NCBI GenBank assembly: GCA_902789445.1
Contig: CADAOB010000022.1
Coordinates: forward strand, 26 to 64,025
DNA from: an uncultured Bacteroidia bacterium
GTDB lineage: Bacteria; Bacteroidota; Bacteroidia; Bacteroidales; UBA932
Reading direction: 5' to 3'
Length of the DNA stretch: 64,000 nt
The translations under genes were made by a program, and so were the position numbers. Within the stretch, counting starts at the first letter, position 1. Every line of letters starts with the position of its first letter. The notes below the pieces were generated by a model. It was not told the DNA's origin and made no database searches. It saw nothing but the letters and a program-made list of their open reading frames with translations. Below, piece by piece: positions 56,923 through 64,000 of the stretch.

Positions 56923-56997
56923 TGGTAGCGGGTAGGAGAGTCGAACTCCTCTTTAGAGAATGAAAATCTCTCGTCCTAGCCGATAGACGAACCCGCC
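56923..56997 (-). tRNA. tRNA-Glu (anticodon TTC) with encoded CCA
   Basis: The reverse complement is GGCGGGT-TC-GTCTATCGGCTAGGAC-G-AGAGA-TTTTCAT-TCTCT-AAAG-AGGAG-TTCGACT-CTCCT-ACCCGCT-A-CCA. The anticodon is at 56962-56964. Confidence 0.85.
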
Positions 56998-57087
56998 GAC
57001 TACCCAGTCTTTTCAGATTGGGAGCGCAAAGATAGAAATTATTTTTTCAACTACAAATTTTTTCTTCTTTTTTCCGTAAGAATCCTG

Positions 57088-58071
57088 TTAGTGCCAGGAA
57101 TAAATGATGGCTTCCAGCTGGCGCAGATAGTCGCGCTTGTCGTATTTGGGAGCATACACAAATCCCTCGATCACAATCACATCCTTGCCGTCAGCGCTGC
57201 GGAAGGCGTCGCTGATGAACGGGCCGCCCATAAAATCGTTCTGGGTTTCCCAGAGCGATCGGATTTCCGTGAACGTGCGGCCCCGGTAGGTCTTCTCCCA
57301 ATAGCCGGGCGTCAGGACGGGGTTGATGATCATGTAGCTGCCTTCCGTCGGACCGGGCACGTTCTCCTTGGTCACTTCGTTGCGCTTGGCCACCAGGGCT
57401 TCCATGGTGAACTGCTCCGGACCTGTGTAGGGGAAGCGGTAGATGAAGATGCCCTGGGTGGTATAGGTGGTCTCGTAGGAAATCCACACGAAATTGTCGG
57501 TGCGCTTCTTCATCGAATAGGACGAAGGGAACCAGGGGCTGCCGCCGAACTGGTTGCGAACGAGGGATGAAAGCCCCTCGTTCGGGAACGCCTTGGCGTT
57601 GATGATGACCCGCTCCCGCTCCGCATCTTCGAAGGTTTCGCAGATTTTTTCGTTCTTGGCCAGGATCAGTTCCGCCGCGGAGGCTTCGTCCGGCGCGAAG
57701 ACCGTGATCATCGTCTGGGGCTCGGCCCAAACGTTCTTGTTGATGGTCAGCTTCTGCGTGCAGGTGTCGGCAATGTGGACGTAGAGGATGTTGCGGTGGA
57801 AACGGAATACGTTGACAAAACCCTCCGGGGGCACGTTGTAGATGCGGTATTTGCTCTCTTTCTGCGGCGTGTAGGGATACTCCGCCTGCAGGACGGTGCG
57901 GATGGCCCCGCCCACCTCCGATTCCCAGAGGGCCTTGGTGGAGACAATCTCCACTTCACCGGCCTTGCCGCTGATGCCGGGAAGGAGTTGTTTCTGCTTT
58001 TCTTTCGCGCAGGAACCGGTCAGGAGCACCAGGCCCGGAAGCAGCGCCAGAAGGATGATGTAGCGTTTCAT
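57088..58071 (-). CDS. Hypothetical lipoprotein (DUF4837-like)
   Basis: The signal is MKRYIILLALLPGLVLLTGSC. It is the last gene of the M23-dxr-rseP run. The family call is from memory. Confidence 0.7.
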   Translation of the reverse strand: MKRYIILLALLPGLVLLTGSCAKEKQKQLLPGISGKAGEVEIVSTKALWESEVGGAIRTVLQAEYPYTPQKESKYRIYNVPPEGFVNVFRFHRNILYVHIADTCTQKLTINKNVWAEPQTMITVFAPDEASAAELILAKNEKICETFEDAERERVIINAKAFPNEGLSSLVRNQFGGSPWFPSSYSMKKRTDNFVWISYETTYTTQGIFIYRFPYTGPEQFTMEALVAKRNEVTKENVPGPTEGSYMIINPVLTPGYWEKTYRGRTFTEIRSLWETQNDFMGGPFISDAFRSADGKDVIVIEGFVYAPKYDKRDYLRQLEAIIYSWH

Positions 58072-58092
58072 ATCTCTTTAATTCTTAGTTTG

Positions 58093-59475
58093 TCAGAAAA
58101 GACTCCGGATATCGTTGCCGAAGGCCAGGACCATGAGCATCAGCAGGAGCACCATGCCGATCCACTCGGCCACGACCATGAATTTGTCGGACGGTTTCCG
58201 GCCCGTGAGCATCTCGAAGATCAGGAACAGGATGTGTCCGCCGTCCAGGGCGGGAATCGGCAGGAGGTTCATCACGCCCAGCATGATGGAGAGCAGGGCG
58301 CAAAGCGACCAGAAGCGGTACCAGTCCCAGGTGTCGGGGAAGATGCGCCCGATGGCGATGAAGCTGCCCACGGACTTGTAGGCCTGGGTCTTGGGGGAGA
58401 AGATCAGGCCGAGTTCCTGCACGTAGCCCTTGATGGTGGTCCAGGTCTTGCGGGCGCCGGCGGGCAGGGCGGTCAGCAGGCTGTATTCGCGGGTGGTCAC
58501 GTTGAAGAACTTGCTCAGTTCGGTGTCGAGCAGGACGCCGACGTGGCCGGCCGTGTCCACCTGGAGCGGAATCTCCAGCCGGGTGTCCCCGCGCCGGACC
58601 GAAGCCGTGACGGATTCGGAACGGTGCTGCTGCAGTTCTTTCTGGATCTGCTGGACGATGAACATCGGCTTGCCGTCGATCCCTTCAAAGGCGTCGCCCG
58701 CGGCCAGGCCGGCGGCGGCATTGGGCGATTCGGCCGGGATTTCCTTCACGACGAAGGGGAAGGCCAGGTCGAACATACCCGGCGTGTTGAGCATCGCCGG
58801 GAGATAAGCCGGGTCGATGGGCAGGGTCAGGGTATCGCCGTTGCGCAGGACCGTGGCTTCGCGGGCCTGGGAGCGCACCAGATCCACCTGGAGGTTGCTG
58901 AAATTCTCGACCGGCACACCGTCGAAGGCCAGGATCCGGTCGCCGTCGCGGAAGCCGATTTCGGCGGACAGGTCGTTGACGGCCACGCCGTAAACGGCAT
59001 CTTCGTTGCGCAGGAACTCTTCACCCCAGGTTCCCAGGATGGCTGCATAGAGGATGATGGCCAGGATGAAGTTGAACAGTACGCCGCCGAACATGATGAA
59101 GAAACGCTGCCAGGCTTTCTTCGTGCGGAACTCATAGGGCTGCGGCGGCAGTTTCATCGCTTCGGTGTCCATCGATTCGTCGATCATGCCGGCAATCTTG
59201 CAATATCCGCCGAAAGGCAGCCAGCCGATGCCGTACTCCGTGTGTTCCGGATGGGCGTCCCAGGCCGGGTCGTCGTTGGAAGAAAAGGCCTTGCAGTGCC
59301 ATTTCCCGCCGAAGCGCTTGAATTTCAGCAGCGATATTCTCGGGTTGAAGAACAGGTAGAATTTCTCTACCCGGGTCTTGAAGAGTTTGGCGAAGCTATA
59401 GTGACCGAACTCGTGGAAAAGCACGAGCAGGGAAAGGGCCAGGATGACCTGGATGATCTTGAGCAGTACTACCAT
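58093..59475 (-). CDS. rseP: RIP site-2 metalloprotease RseP (M50)
   Basis: The zinc motif LFHEFGHY is followed by PDZ-like middle domains and the C-terminal NLLPIPALDGGH. Confidence 0.93.
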   Translation of the reverse strand: MVVLLKIIQVILALSLLVLFHEFGHYSFAKLFKTRVEKFYLFFNPRISLLKFKRFGGKWHCKAFSSNDDPAWDAHPEHTEYGIGWLPFGGYCKIAGMIDESMDTEAMKLPPQPYEFRTKKAWQRFFIMFGGVLFNFILAIILYAAILGTWGEEFLRNEDAVYGVAVNDLSAEIGFRDGDRILAFDGVPVENFSNLQVDLVRSQAREATVLRNGDTLTLPIDPAYLPAMLNTPGMFDLAFPFVVKEIPAESPNAAAGLAAGDAFEGIDGKPMFIVQQIQKELQQHRSESVTASVRRGDTRLEIPLQVDTAGHVGVLLDTELSKFFNVTTREYSLLTALPAGARKTWTTIKGYVQELGLIFSPKTQAYKSVGSFIAIGRIFPDTWDWYRFWSLCALLSIMLGVMNLLPIPALDGGHILFLIFEMLTGRKPSDKFMVVAEWIGMVLLLMLMVLAFGNDIRSLF

Positions 59476-60647
59476 CAGTATTTTCGTTCTATCAATTCTG
59501 CAGCGAGCCGTTTCGCTTCAAAATCCGTGCTATAAATCGCATCAAGATCGGGTTCGGCGACAAATTGGCAGCGTTCGAGGGTCTGCGCGATGACCGCCGG
59601 GATGTCGGTGAAGCGGATGCGGTCTTCCAGGAAGGCGGCCACGGCCACTTCGTTGGCGCCGTTCAGGATGCAGGTGGCGTTGCCGCCTTTTTCCAGGGCA
59701 TCGTAGGCCAGCTGCAGGCAGGGGAAGCGGTCCAGGTCGGGTTTTTCGAAGCTGAGCTGCGCGAGCGCGGCAAAGTCGAGGCGGCTGGTATTGAGGTCGA
59801 TGCGCTGCGGGTAGGAGAGGGCGTACTGGATGGGCAGCCGCATGTCGGGCTGGCTCAGCTGGGCCATCACGCAGCCGTCGGAAAATTGCACCATCGAATG
59901 GATGATGGACTGCGGGTGGATGACCACTTCGATGTCGGCGGGATCCACGCCGAAGAGCCAGCGCGCTTCGATCAGTTCCAGTCCTTTGTTCATCAGGCTG
60001 GCCGAATCGATGGTGACTTTGGCGCCCATTTTCCAGCGGGGATGGTTCAGGGCCTGCTGGCGGGTGGCTGCGGCCAGTTCCGCCTTGCTGCTGTGGAGGA
60101 ACGGACCGCCGGAGCCCGTGAGCAGGATCTTTTCCAGCCGGGCGTGTTCGCCCTGCAGGCACTGGAAGATGGCGGAATGTTCCGAATCGACGGGCAGGAT
60201 CGGGGCGCCGCAGCTGCGGGCCAGCGGTATGACCAGGCTGCCGGCGGCCACGAGCGTCTCTTTGTTGGCCAGGGCGATGGCTTTGCCTGCGCGGATGGCA
60301 GCAATGGTCGGGCGGAGGCCGCTGAAACCGACCATGGCGGTGAGCACGATGTCGATGGACGGGCTCCTGAGCAGGTCGCAGATGGAGTCGATGCCCGTGA
60401 ATACCTTGATGTCGAGCGGGTCGAGGGCCTCGAAGATCTCTTCGTAACGGTCCTCGTTGCAGATGACCACGCTGGCCGGATTGAAGCGCCGGGCCTGTTC
60501 GATGAGCAGGCGGCTGTTGTTGTTGGCCGTGAGCAGTTCCACTTCGAAGAGGTCGGGATGCTGCCCGATGACGTCCAGGGCCTGGGTACCGATCGATCCG
60601 GTAGAGCCGAGGATGGCGATATGTCTTTTTGCTGTTTCTTCTTTCAT
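59475..60647 (-). CDS. dxr: 1-deoxy-D-xylulose-5-phosphate reductoisomerase
   Basis: ILGSTGSIGTQALDV and PVDSEHSAIFQCL are present. Stop and start overlaps occur on both sides. Confidence 0.95.
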   Translation of the reverse strand: MKEETAKRHIAILGSTGSIGTQALDVIGQHPDLFEVELLTANNNSRLLIEQARRFNPASVVICNEDRYEEIFEALDPLDIKVFTGIDSICDLLRSPSIDIVLTAMVGFSGLRPTIAAIRAGKAIALANKETLVAAGSLVIPLARSCGAPILPVDSEHSAIFQCLQGEHARLEKILLTGSGGPFLHSSKAELAAATRQQALNHPRWKMGAKVTIDSASLMNKGLELIEARWLFGVDPADIEVVIHPQSIIHSMVQFSDGCVMAQLSQPDMRLPIQYALSYPQRIDLNTSRLDFAALAQLSFEKPDLDRFPCLQLAYDALEKGGNATCILNGANEVAVAAFLEDRIRFTDIPAVIAQTLERCQFVAEPDLDAIYSTDFEAKRLAAELIERKY

Positions 60648-61429
60648 CAGAATTGGATGTAAAGGGCGGGGTCGATGCTCTGGTTCTTGTAGCGGAGTTC
60701 GAGCAGGATGTGGGCCTGGGACAACTCGCCGGTCTCGCCGACCACGGCGATGGGCGTTCCGGCTTTAACCCGCTCGCCGACGCTCTTGAGCAGTTTGCCC
60801 GCGTGGCGGTAGAAGGAGGTCAGGTCGCCATCGTGCTGCATCTTGAGTGTACAGCCCTCCATCTGGCTCCAGTCGGCCGAGACGATGATGCCGTCGAGGA
60901 TGGCGCTTACCTGTGTGCCCGAGGGCGCGGTCACTTCTATATAGGGATGGCTCCCGGTCCGGCTGAACGCCTCTTTGACGCTTCCCTTGAGCGGCCGGGT
61001 GAACTTGACTTTCTCCAGGGCCTCGATCCGGGACGGCCCCGGATCGGCCAGGCGCTCCGCGTCCAGCTTTTCGACCTGGGCCCGCAGGAGCGAATCGCTG
61101 GTCTCAAAGGCGGCCGACTGACTTTCGTCCGTAGCGGCTTCGGGATCGGCCAGGCGCAGCGAATCCAGCGGCAAAGGCTCCCGTCCGGTGGCGATGCGCT
61201 GGATGTTGGCCACCTGGAAAGCCCACAGGCCGATGACTTTTTCAAGGGAATCGACTTTCTGGAAATTCTCGAGTGCGGCCTGCTGGGTCTCCCGGGACGG
61301 ATAGCCCGGAATGGTGCGTCGCAGCGGGGTATGGGCGATGAGCAGGTAGGTCAGCAGCATCACGACCAGAACCCCGGCCGCGAGGGAAATCCACTGGTGC
61401 CTGTCCAACTTTCTTTCTTTTTTTGCCAT
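60647..61429 (-). CDS. M23 family peptidase (membrane-anchored)
   Basis: MAKKERKLDRHQWISLAAGVLVVMLLTYLL is a TM anchor. The LytM-like C-terminus reads HDGDLTSFYRHAGKLLKSVGERVKAGTPIAVVGETG. The track ORF upstream of 61429 is antisense to ruvX and has been trimmed. Confidence 0.85.
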   Translation of the reverse strand: MAKKERKLDRHQWISLAAGVLVVMLLTYLLIAHTPLRRTIPGYPSRETQQAALENFQKVDSLEKVIGLWAFQVANIQRIATGREPLPLDSLRLADPEAATDESQSAAFETSDSLLRAQVEKLDAERLADPGPSRIEALEKVKFTRPLKGSVKEAFSRTGSHPYIEVTAPSGTQVSAILDGIIVSADWSQMEGCTLKMQHDGDLTSFYRHAGKLLKSVGERVKAGTPIAVVGETGELSQAHILLELRYKNQSIDPALYIQF

Positions 61430-61438
61430 AGATTTCGT

Positions 61439-61446
61439 TAACTTTG
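61439..61446 (+). promoter_or_regulatory. -7 box TAACTTTG upstream of ruvX
   Basis: It matches TAnnTTTG and lies 8 nt before ATG 61454. That is very close, so either the mRNA is leaderless or short-leader, or this is a chance match. Confidence 0.35.
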
Positions 61447-61453
61447 CAAAATT

Positions 61454-61876
61454 ATGGACAGGATCATCGGCATCGATTATGGAAGGAAACGGGTCGGCGT
61501 CGCCGTAAGCGACCCGCTTCGGATCTTCGCATCCGCACTGGATACTGTCCCGTCCGCAAAGATAATAGATTATCTGAAAAATTATGCCGAAAACCAGCCG
61601 GTCGAGCGTTTCGTCGTAGGCTATCCGATGAATCTGGACAACAGGCCGTCCGAAGCCGCGCGCGACGTGGACCAGTTCCTCAACCTGCTCAGGAAGCATT
61701 TCCCACAGGTGCCTGTCACGCTCGAAGACGAGCGTTTCACCTCCGTCCTGGCGCACCGGGCGATGATCGACGGCGGCGTCCGGAAGATGGCCCGCCGCGA
61801 CAAGTCCGCCGTGGACAAAGTGAGCGCCGCGCTCATCCTGCAAACCTATCTTGACAGAACAAAGCAAGCACAATGA
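61454..61876 (+). CDS. ruvX: Holliday junction resolvase-like YqgF/RuvX
   Basis: MDRIIGIDYGRKRVGVAVSD is the YqgF N-terminus. Confidence 0.92.
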   Translation: MDRIIGIDYGRKRVGVAVSDPLRIFASALDTVPSAKIIDYLKNYAENQPVERFVVGYPMNLDNRPSEAARDVDQFLNLLRKHFPQVPVTLEDERFTSVLAHRAMIDGGVRKMARRDKSAVDKVSAALILQTYLDRTKQAQ

Positions 61877-62433
61877 TACTACCGATCTACTTATATGGTT
61901 CCCAGGTCCTGCGCACCCCCGCGCAGGAAGACGATCTCTCCGACAAAGCGTGGCTCACGCAGTTTATCGCCGACATGATCGAAACGATGCACCACGCCGA
62001 CGGCTGCGGCCTGGCCGCCCCGCAGGTGGGCGTCTCCAAACGGATCCTGGTCGTGGACGGCAACGACCTGACCGACCGCTACCCCGAACTCAAGGGCTTC
62101 CACCGGGAGATGATCAATCCCCGTTTCACCTTCGAGAGCGAGAAGACCTGCTCCTACGAAGAAGGCTGCCTGAGCATTCCCAACATCGATGCCGACATCA
62201 CGCGTCCCGAGACCATCCGGGTCCGCTACGTCAATCCCGCCTTCGAAGAGGTCGAAGAGGAATTCAGCGGATTCGCCGCCCGCATGATCCAGCATGAGAT
62301 GGACCATCTCGACGGTGTCCTGTTCACGGACCACGCCTCGCCCATCCGCCGCAAGATGCTCACCGGCAAGCTGATGAACATCAGCCGCGGCAATGTCCGC
62401 ACCCGCTATCGTGTAAAGACAGACAAAAAATAA
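61873..62433 (+). CDS. def: Peptide deformylase
   Basis: The motifs GCGLAAPQVG, EGCLSIP and QHEMDHLDG are all present. Confidence 0.95.
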   Translation: MILPIYLYGSQVLRTPAQEDDLSDKAWLTQFIADMIETMHHADGCGLAAPQVGVSKRILVVDGNDLTDRYPELKGFHREMINPRFTFESEKTCSYEEGCLSIPNIDADITRPETIRVRYVNPAFEEVEEEFSGFAARMIQHEMDHLDGVLFTDHASPIRRKMLTGKLMNISRGNVRTRYRVKTDKK

Positions 62434-62438
62434 ACATC

Positions 62439-63791
62439 ATGAAACTCAAAGCTTTTCATGCCTATGACATCCGCGGCCACTTCGGGACGGACCTGACGAC
62501 CGACCTGGCCTACAAGGTGGCGTATTTCCTCCCCGAACTGCTGGACACCCGCCGGGTGCTGCTGGGACGCGACATGCGTCTTTCCTCGCCGGCGCTCCAC
62601 GACGCGGTCCTTCGCGGCCTGATCGATGCCGGCGCCGAGGTGTGGGACCTGGGCCTGAGCACCACCCCCTTCGTCTATTATGTGACGGCCCGCCACGGCT
62701 TCAAGGCCTCCATCCAGATCACGGCCTCCCATAATCCAAAGGAAGACAACGGTTTGAAAGTTTCCCGTGCGCTGGCGCTCCCCGTCGGTTACGACTCCGG
62801 CCTGAGCACCATCGAGCGGTGGATCCTCGAAGAGCGGCCCACGCCGCCCGCCGAAGTCCCTGGTACCGTCCGCGACTTCGATGTCCGGCAGGAATACGTT
62901 GAATTCCTCAATGGTTTCAAGAAGGATTTCTCCAACCTGAAGATCGGCATGGACTGTTCCAACGGCATGGCCTCGGTCTTCGTGCACCAACTCTTCGGCG
63001 AACAGCCCATCTACCTGTACGATACCCTCGACGGCAGTTTCCCCAACCACGAGGCCAATCCCTTCCAGCCGGAAAACGTGGTGGACCTCCAGAAACTGGT
63101 CATCGCCCAGAAATGCGACGTGGGCGTCATCTATGACGGCGACGCCGACCGCGTGATGTTCATCGACGAGACCGGCAGTTTTATCGCCCCCGACCTGATC
63201 ATCGCGCTCCTGGGCGAATACTTCATCAAGGAACGCGGCGAGGTGGGCATCGTGCTGGAAGACATCCGCAGTTCCAAGTCCGTGGCCGAATTCCTGGAGC
63301 CGCTGGGCGCCCAGATCGCCATGTGGAAGGTCGGACGCGCCTTTGCTGCGCCGCGGCTGCGCGAACTCGGCGGTGTCTGGGGCGGGGAAGTGGCCGGACA
63401 CTACTATTTCCGCGATTTCTTCTACAGCGACAGCGGCCTGCTGGCTGCCATCCTGGTCCTGAACATCGTGGCGCGGCTCAAACGCGAAGGCATCCGCTTC
63501 TCCGAGATGATCGCCCGGATCAAGCATTACGAGAATTCCGGCGAGATCAATTTCCGCGTGGAAAACAAGCAGGCTGCGATGGATGCCGTCAAGCAGCATT
63601 TCATGGATGCCGAAAAGCACACGGCTTTCTACGACTTCGACGGCTATCGCGTAGAGTTCAAGAACTGGTGGTTCAACGTCCGCCCGTCCAACACCGAACC
63701 CTATCTCCGCTTCCTCTGCGAGGCCACCAGCCTCAAACTCCTTGAAGCCAAAATCGCCGAAGCCCGCAGCGTCATCGAACAGTTCGTCTGA
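62439..63791 (+). CDS. Phosphomannomutase/phosphoglucomutase family enzyme
   Basis: The active-site loop is ITASHNPKEDNG and the metal loop is DGDADR. Confidence 0.9.
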   Translation: MKLKAFHAYDIRGHFGTDLTTDLAYKVAYFLPELLDTRRVLLGRDMRLSSPALHDAVLRGLIDAGAEVWDLGLSTTPFVYYVTARHGFKASIQITASHNPKEDNGLKVSRALALPVGYDSGLSTIERWILEERPTPPAEVPGTVRDFDVRQEYVEFLNGFKKDFSNLKIGMDCSNGMASVFVHQLFGEQPIYLYDTLDGSFPNHEANPFQPENVVDLQKLVIAQKCDVGVIYDGDADRVMFIDETGSFIAPDLIIALLGEYFIKERGEVGIVLEDIRSSKSVAEFLEPLGAQIAMWKVGRAFAAPRLRELGGVWGGEVAGHYYFRDFFYSDSGLLAAILVLNIVARLKREGIRFSEMIARIKHYENSGEINFRVENKQAAMDAVKQHFMDAEKHTAFYDFDGYRVEFKNWWFNVRPSNTEPYLRFLCEATSLKLLEAKIAEARSVIEQFV

Positions 63792-63840
63792 CGCCGACGG
63801 CCTCCGTTGCCGCCGCATCCCTCGCTGGCAGTACCCCCCC

Positions 63841-63874
63841 GCCATCCTCAAAATCAGGTATTTTTGAGGATGGC
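63841..63874. repeat. Hairpin repeat unit 1
   Basis: GCCATCCTCAAAA-tcaggtat-TTTTGAGGATGGC has a 13-bp stem and is followed by GAGCATTTTTTT. Confidence 0.85.
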
Positions 63875-63891
63875 GAGCATTTTTTTCGGCC

Positions 63892-63925
63892 GCCATCCTC
63901 AAAAGGGGGCCTATTTGAGGATGGC
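63892..63925. repeat. Hairpin repeat unit 2
   Basis: GCCATCCTCAAA-agggggccta-TTTGAGGATGGC has a 12-bp stem with the same arms as unit 1 and a different loop. Confidence 0.85.
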
Positions 63926-64000
63926 AGCTCAGATGTCCAGGCCGGGCCGCGAGCATTTTCTCTGCGAGCGGAACGAAAAACCAGCGCAACGGAGCCGTAC

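Noticed and set aside
61430-61873. The upstream part of track ORF 60647..61873.
   Set aside because: It is antisense to ruvX and has no similarity to M23 proteins. The ATG at 61429 gives a sensible TM anchor (MAKKERKLDRHQWISLAAGVLVVML).
63978-64000. CCAGCGCAACGGAGCC at the window edge, considered as the start of a fourth MITE-like copy.
   Set aside because: It matches the terminal repeat GCGCTGCAACGGACAC at only about 10 of 16 positions, and the sequence is cut by the window end, so the evidence is insufficient.

Overview
This window looks like a high-GC Bacteroidales chromosome segment. The evidence is repeated TAnnTTTG -7 promoter boxes, a split atpDC + atpBEFHAG layout, and many SPII lipoproteins. 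An Alistipes/Rikenellaceae-like origin is only an inference. The content is mostly housekeeping: rpsF-rpsR-rplI, the F-type ATP synthase operon, rpoN, cysS, miaB, upp, dxr-rseP, def, ruvX, dinB, tcdA, rpsT and three tRNAs. Interspersed are glycan and peptide degradation genes (GH92, GH3, PepD, M28, two M3 peptidases, M48, M23) and a block of surface proteins at about 36.2-41.5 kb. I saw no rRNA, CRISPR array, transposase, integrase or recognisable defence genes.

Observations worth a second look, in rough order of interest:
1. A 70-aa acidic lipoprotein whose stop codon overlaps the start codon of a radical SAM/SPASM enzyme (TAATG). A divergent multi-TM AraC regulator sits upstream and an M48 lipoprotein protease downstream. 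This may be a lipid-anchored peptide-maturation pair.
2. A 127-bp palindromic element sits in frame inside the conserved IRP|RGGDF motif of cutC. Both orientations stay open. It could be an RPE-like MITE or an intragenic inverton.
3. A roughly 120-bp palindromic MITE-like family has three copies in both orientations. A separate 27-nt REP-like hairpin family shows a compensatory stem change.
4. Two tandem transglutaminase-fold lipoproteins with PNGase-like core motifs lie directly downstream of a GH92 mannosidase.
5. A divergent UPRT-like phosphoribosyltransferase overlaps an NCS1 permease gene.
6. Three conserved genes carry lesions: an in-frame TAG in GH92, a roughly 35-nt deletion with frameshift in atpD, and a 1-nt homopolymer frameshift in an LRR-M64 surface protein. 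These may be real pseudogenes or assembly errors.

Long ORFs antisense to real genes are common here because of the GC content, and I rejected them.
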